Origin: Terriglobia bacterium
GTDB taxonomy: Bacteria > Acidobacteriota > Terriglobia > 20CM-2-55-15
Assembly (NCBI GenBank): GCA_963664115.2
Contig: CAXWPJ010000005.1
Location: 128,001-192,000 of the forward strand
Direction: 5' to 3'
DNA length: 64,000 nucleotides
This document shows, piece after piece, positions 61,217 through 64,000 of this stretch. The position numbers were made by a program, and so were the translations under genes. The notes under the pieces were generated by a model, which worked only from the letters and a program-made list of their open reading frames with translations, did not search any database and had not been told where the DNA came from. How positions within the stretch are numbered: position 1 is the first letter of the stretch; each line of letters starts with the position of its first letter.

Positions 61217-62224
61217 TCAGAATATCGCCAGGGGGTTCACCGGCGAACCACTCCCGCCCTCTACCGGAAGCGGGGCCCACGTGATCATGAACTCGTATCG
61301 ATTCAGTTCTCTGGCCGTCTCGACCGCGCGTTCGAGGTCGAGACACTCCAGGATGTTGATCCCCATCCAGTGCAGCACCGCTTCGTGGATCGGGCCTCCG
61401 CGAATACCCTCTGCCTCGCCCCATCCAGGTCTCGGGGCCCAGTCGATGTTGAAGTCATGCGCGATGAAGGCGGGCTCGCGCTCCCTGATCCAGGGGACAG
61501 TATCGACGTAGTACCCCGGAACCTCACCGCGCCATGCGCCCATCTGCGCCCGCCGTTTCCAACGTCCGACGTAGAGCAGGACCACGTCCCCCGGGCCCGC
61601 CCGGACACCCGACATCTCTTCCCAGGCTTCCAGATCCGCTCGCGTGATAGGCGTTGCTGGATCTATCCATTCGACTCCCTTCAGCTGCGGAATGTCGTAA
61701 AGCACCGCGCGGGTCGTGACGCCGTCCTTCCAGTTCATCACGCTGCCTTCCTTGCAGCCCTCTTCCTCGGTGATGTTGCCTGCGACAGGTATGCCGTTGT
61801 ACATTTCGCCGTCGAAGAAGCGGTGGCACCAGGTGTCCATGTGCGACACCGTGAGGCCGTGGTAGCTCACACGGTAGGTATCGCTGGTGCCGATCGGGCC
61901 GATCCGGTTGGTCGTCCGGTAGAACAGCCCGTTCTCGTTCACATCGGCTGCAGCCTCTTGCGGCACGGCGTGGGCCAGCGAGATAGCGATGCCGTTCTCC
62001 ACTAGATCCACCGCGCTCCGGACTTTCTCGGGCGTGATCAGGTTGGTCATACCCTTTTGGTCCTCCGGTCCCCACCGGCCCCAGTTTTTGAACTCCGTCT
62101 TCCAGCTGAGGAACTCCTCGGGCGTTACTGTGCCGGGGTCCTGGCCCTGGCCCTGGCCCGGGGACAACATCAAAGCACCCACAAAGGCACCCAGAAAAAC
62201 AAGACTTTGGATCCGATGCATCAT
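61217..62224 (-). CDS. Exported cyclase (kynurenine formamidase-like) family protein
   Basis: NWGRWG..DQKG, HG..VSHMD, GGSGSPVNPLA. Confidence 0.88.
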   Translation of the reverse strand: MMHRIQSLVFLGAFVGALMLSPGQGQGQDPGTVTPEEFLSWKTEFKNWGRWGPEDQKGMTNLITPEKVRSAVDLVENGIAISLAHAVPQEAAADVNENGLFYRTTNRIGPIGTSDTYRVSYHGLTVSHMDTWCHRFFDGEMYNGIPVAGNITEEEGCKEGSVMNWKDGVTTRAVLYDIPQLKGVEWIDPATPITRADLEAWEEMSGVRAGPGDVVLLYVGRWKRRAQMGAWRGEVPGYYVDTVPWIREREPAFIAHDFNIDWAPRPGWGEAEGIRGGPIHEAVLHWMGINILECLDLERAVETARELNRYEFMITWAPLPVEGGSGSPVNPLAIF

Positions 62225-62297
62225 TCGTTTCTCCTTTGTTTCTCCTTGATCAAGCTTCAATTATCGCGCCCGATGGGTGGTCTGCTTTCCCGTTTCT

Positions 62298-63968
62298 CTA
62301 CGGATTGCTGTCCAACAGTTCCACGTATCCGATTCTGGCGTTGAAGGCGGTGCTACTCCACCAGATACGGTTCGGATTGTTCTGATCGACTTCCACGCGT
62401 CTCACATCCGTTTCTGCCTGTGGCAGCGGCAACATCAGCCATTCTTCGGTTCTGGGATTGTAGCGCGCGATTATATCCACCGTGTGCAGGGTCACCCAGA
62501 GCAGGTTGTTCTGCTCGTCAAAGTCGATCGAGTAGGCACCGTTATACGGAATCGGGGGATCGATGACAGTCATCGCGTCCGTCTTGTAATCGATCTTCAG
62601 TATCTTTCCGGCTCCCCACAACCCGACCCAGACATTGCCTTCCGGGTCATAGTCCATCCGGCGAGGATAGCTTGTACCCTCCACCGGGATTTCAAACTCA
62701 ACGACCTCGCCGGTCTTTCCGTCGAAGCGGGCCAAGCGGTCCACCAGGTTTTCGGCGACCCAGACCCGTCCGTCGCCGGCGACCGTTATGCCGTAACCAC
62801 CGGGATTCTCCTGGGTCGCAGTCCAGGTCGGCGTGTCCCACGCGCTCCATTCACCGGTGGCGGGATCCAGCCTCCTGGCAGCGCCCGGGCCGGAGGACCA
62901 GATCGATCCGTCTGGATGCACCACCATGCTGTTCCCCTGGACCGGTCCGCGGATTTCCTCGCTCGGAAAGGGCCAGTCGGTCCATTCCTCGGCCGCGATG
63001 TCGTAGCTCAGCCAGCGCGTTTCGAAGGGATCGGCCAACCACATGATGCCGTCCTTGCTGATCTGCAGATTGCCGGGACGTGCGCGCTCGGCGGTGTACA
63101 AAGGTGGGCCGATTTCGCTGTATTCGTAGGTGACGGGATCGAAACGGCTGATCTTGCCCCCCGTACGCTGGTTGGCCCAGCCAACGCCCCAGGGGTCTAC
63201 TGCGACGTCGTGGTTTTCCACTCCTACATTCTCGACATCGTATTGCACGACGCGGTAATTTGCGGCCTCGCCCTGCATGAGAGTCCGCAGCAAGCGGCTG
63301 TTCGGATCCGGTGCCGGCATCGGCGGCAGGTTCGCGGTCAGATAATCCAGTAAGACGGCGACCTCCTCCTCGGTCATATCAGGAAGGTCGACGCCGACCA
63401 TTTCCCCGCGCATTTCGGTGATCGTGGATTCCCAGGTTTCGCGATCGACTCGCCTGGAGATCACACTTGTTTCCGAATGACAGCCGGTGCAGCGCGTCAT
63501 GATAATTTCCTTGCCGTGCCCTTCCGGGAGACTGCCCGCCGTTGCCATGTGCTCAGGTACTCTTCGTGGCCAGGCAGCTGGCAGGTCGGGTGCCCGCCCA
63601 ACGGTGAGCGCCAGATCCATCTGGGTCGCCTCTTGTCCCGATACGTCTACCGGGGCGGACCATACGCTCTCAAAGTCGTTTCCGACACCCTGCACGACAT
63701 AGCTTCCCGCAGGAAGCTGATTGGCCGTGTAACGGCCCGCGTCCTGGCTGATGAACATAAAGGTCAGGCGTCGTTCGGCGTTTTTTAGTTTCACGAAAGC
63801 TCCGGCGAGAGGTTGACCGGACGCATCCGTGACCACGCCCTGGAGAATTCCGCTGTGGCCCCCCGGACTTGCCACGACATCAGCCGATGGTTGCCCCGAG
63901 CAGCCGGCAGCCAGCAAAACAGCTACGATGAGACCGATGACACTTGGGTTCCTTTTCCTGAACATCAT
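62298..63968 (-). CDS. Lipoprotein with carboxypeptidase regulatory-like domain, monohaem cytochrome c and Vgb-like propeller
   Basis: Lipobox AAGC; GVVTDASGQPLAGAFV; CTGCH; repeated RFDP/WVA blades; AGGAG RBS. Confidence 0.85.
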   Translation of the reverse strand: MMFRKRNPSVIGLIVAVLLAAGCSGQPSADVVASPGGHSGILQGVVTDASGQPLAGAFVKLKNAERRLTFMFISQDAGRYTANQLPAGSYVVQGVGNDFESVWSAPVDVSGQEATQMDLALTVGRAPDLPAAWPRRVPEHMATAGSLPEGHGKEIIMTRCTGCHSETSVISRRVDRETWESTITEMRGEMVGVDLPDMTEEEVAVLLDYLTANLPPMPAPDPNSRLLRTLMQGEAANYRVVQYDVENVGVENHDVAVDPWGVGWANQRTGGKISRFDPVTYEYSEIGPPLYTAERARPGNLQISKDGIMWLADPFETRWLSYDIAAEEWTDWPFPSEEIRGPVQGNSMVVHPDGSIWSSGPGAARRLDPATGEWSAWDTPTWTATQENPGGYGITVAGDGRVWVAENLVDRLARFDGKTGEVVEFEIPVEGTSYPRRMDYDPEGNVWVGLWGAGKILKIDYKTDAMTVIDPPIPYNGAYSIDFDEQNNLLWVTLHTVDIIARYNPRTEEWLMLPLPQAETDVRRVEVDQNNPNRIWWSSTAFNARIGYVELLDSNP

Positions 63969-64000
63969 CTATGCTCCTTGTTGAACGAGACGAACTGAAT

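Overview
A roughly 59% GC bacterial chromosomal segment whose gene content points to an uncultured Acidobacteriota genome: an Oar-like TonB receptor, DUF6152 pairs, a DUF1592-DUF1552-ankyrin triad, a kinase-PD40 fusion and a cytochrome c/Vgb-like lipoprotein. The left 26 kb holds exported hydrolases and oxidoreductases, hflKC, tRNA-Arg(CCG), amrS, a VIT1 gene and a porin-amtB-glnK operon. A displaced 3' half of tRNA-Arg(TCG) at 25938-25980 marks the probable edge of an integrated region containing IS3, IS1380 and IS256 elements and several pseudogenes. Three signals stand out. (1) At least seven dif-like 11-6-11 sites (consensus ANNTCCGACAA-N6-TTNTCAGGACT) lie only to the right of the tRNA fragment and bracket single accessory genes in inverted pairs, suggesting an Xer-type gene-cassette system. 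(2) A deiodinase-like lipoprotein is split by an in-frame UGA at the catalytic position with a SECIS-like hairpin, so it is a probable exported selenoprotein. (3) Two tandem ANTAR-type dual-hexaloop/terminator attenuators sit in the leader of the ammonium-uptake operon. All family assignments come from motif recognition by eye; no database searches were run.
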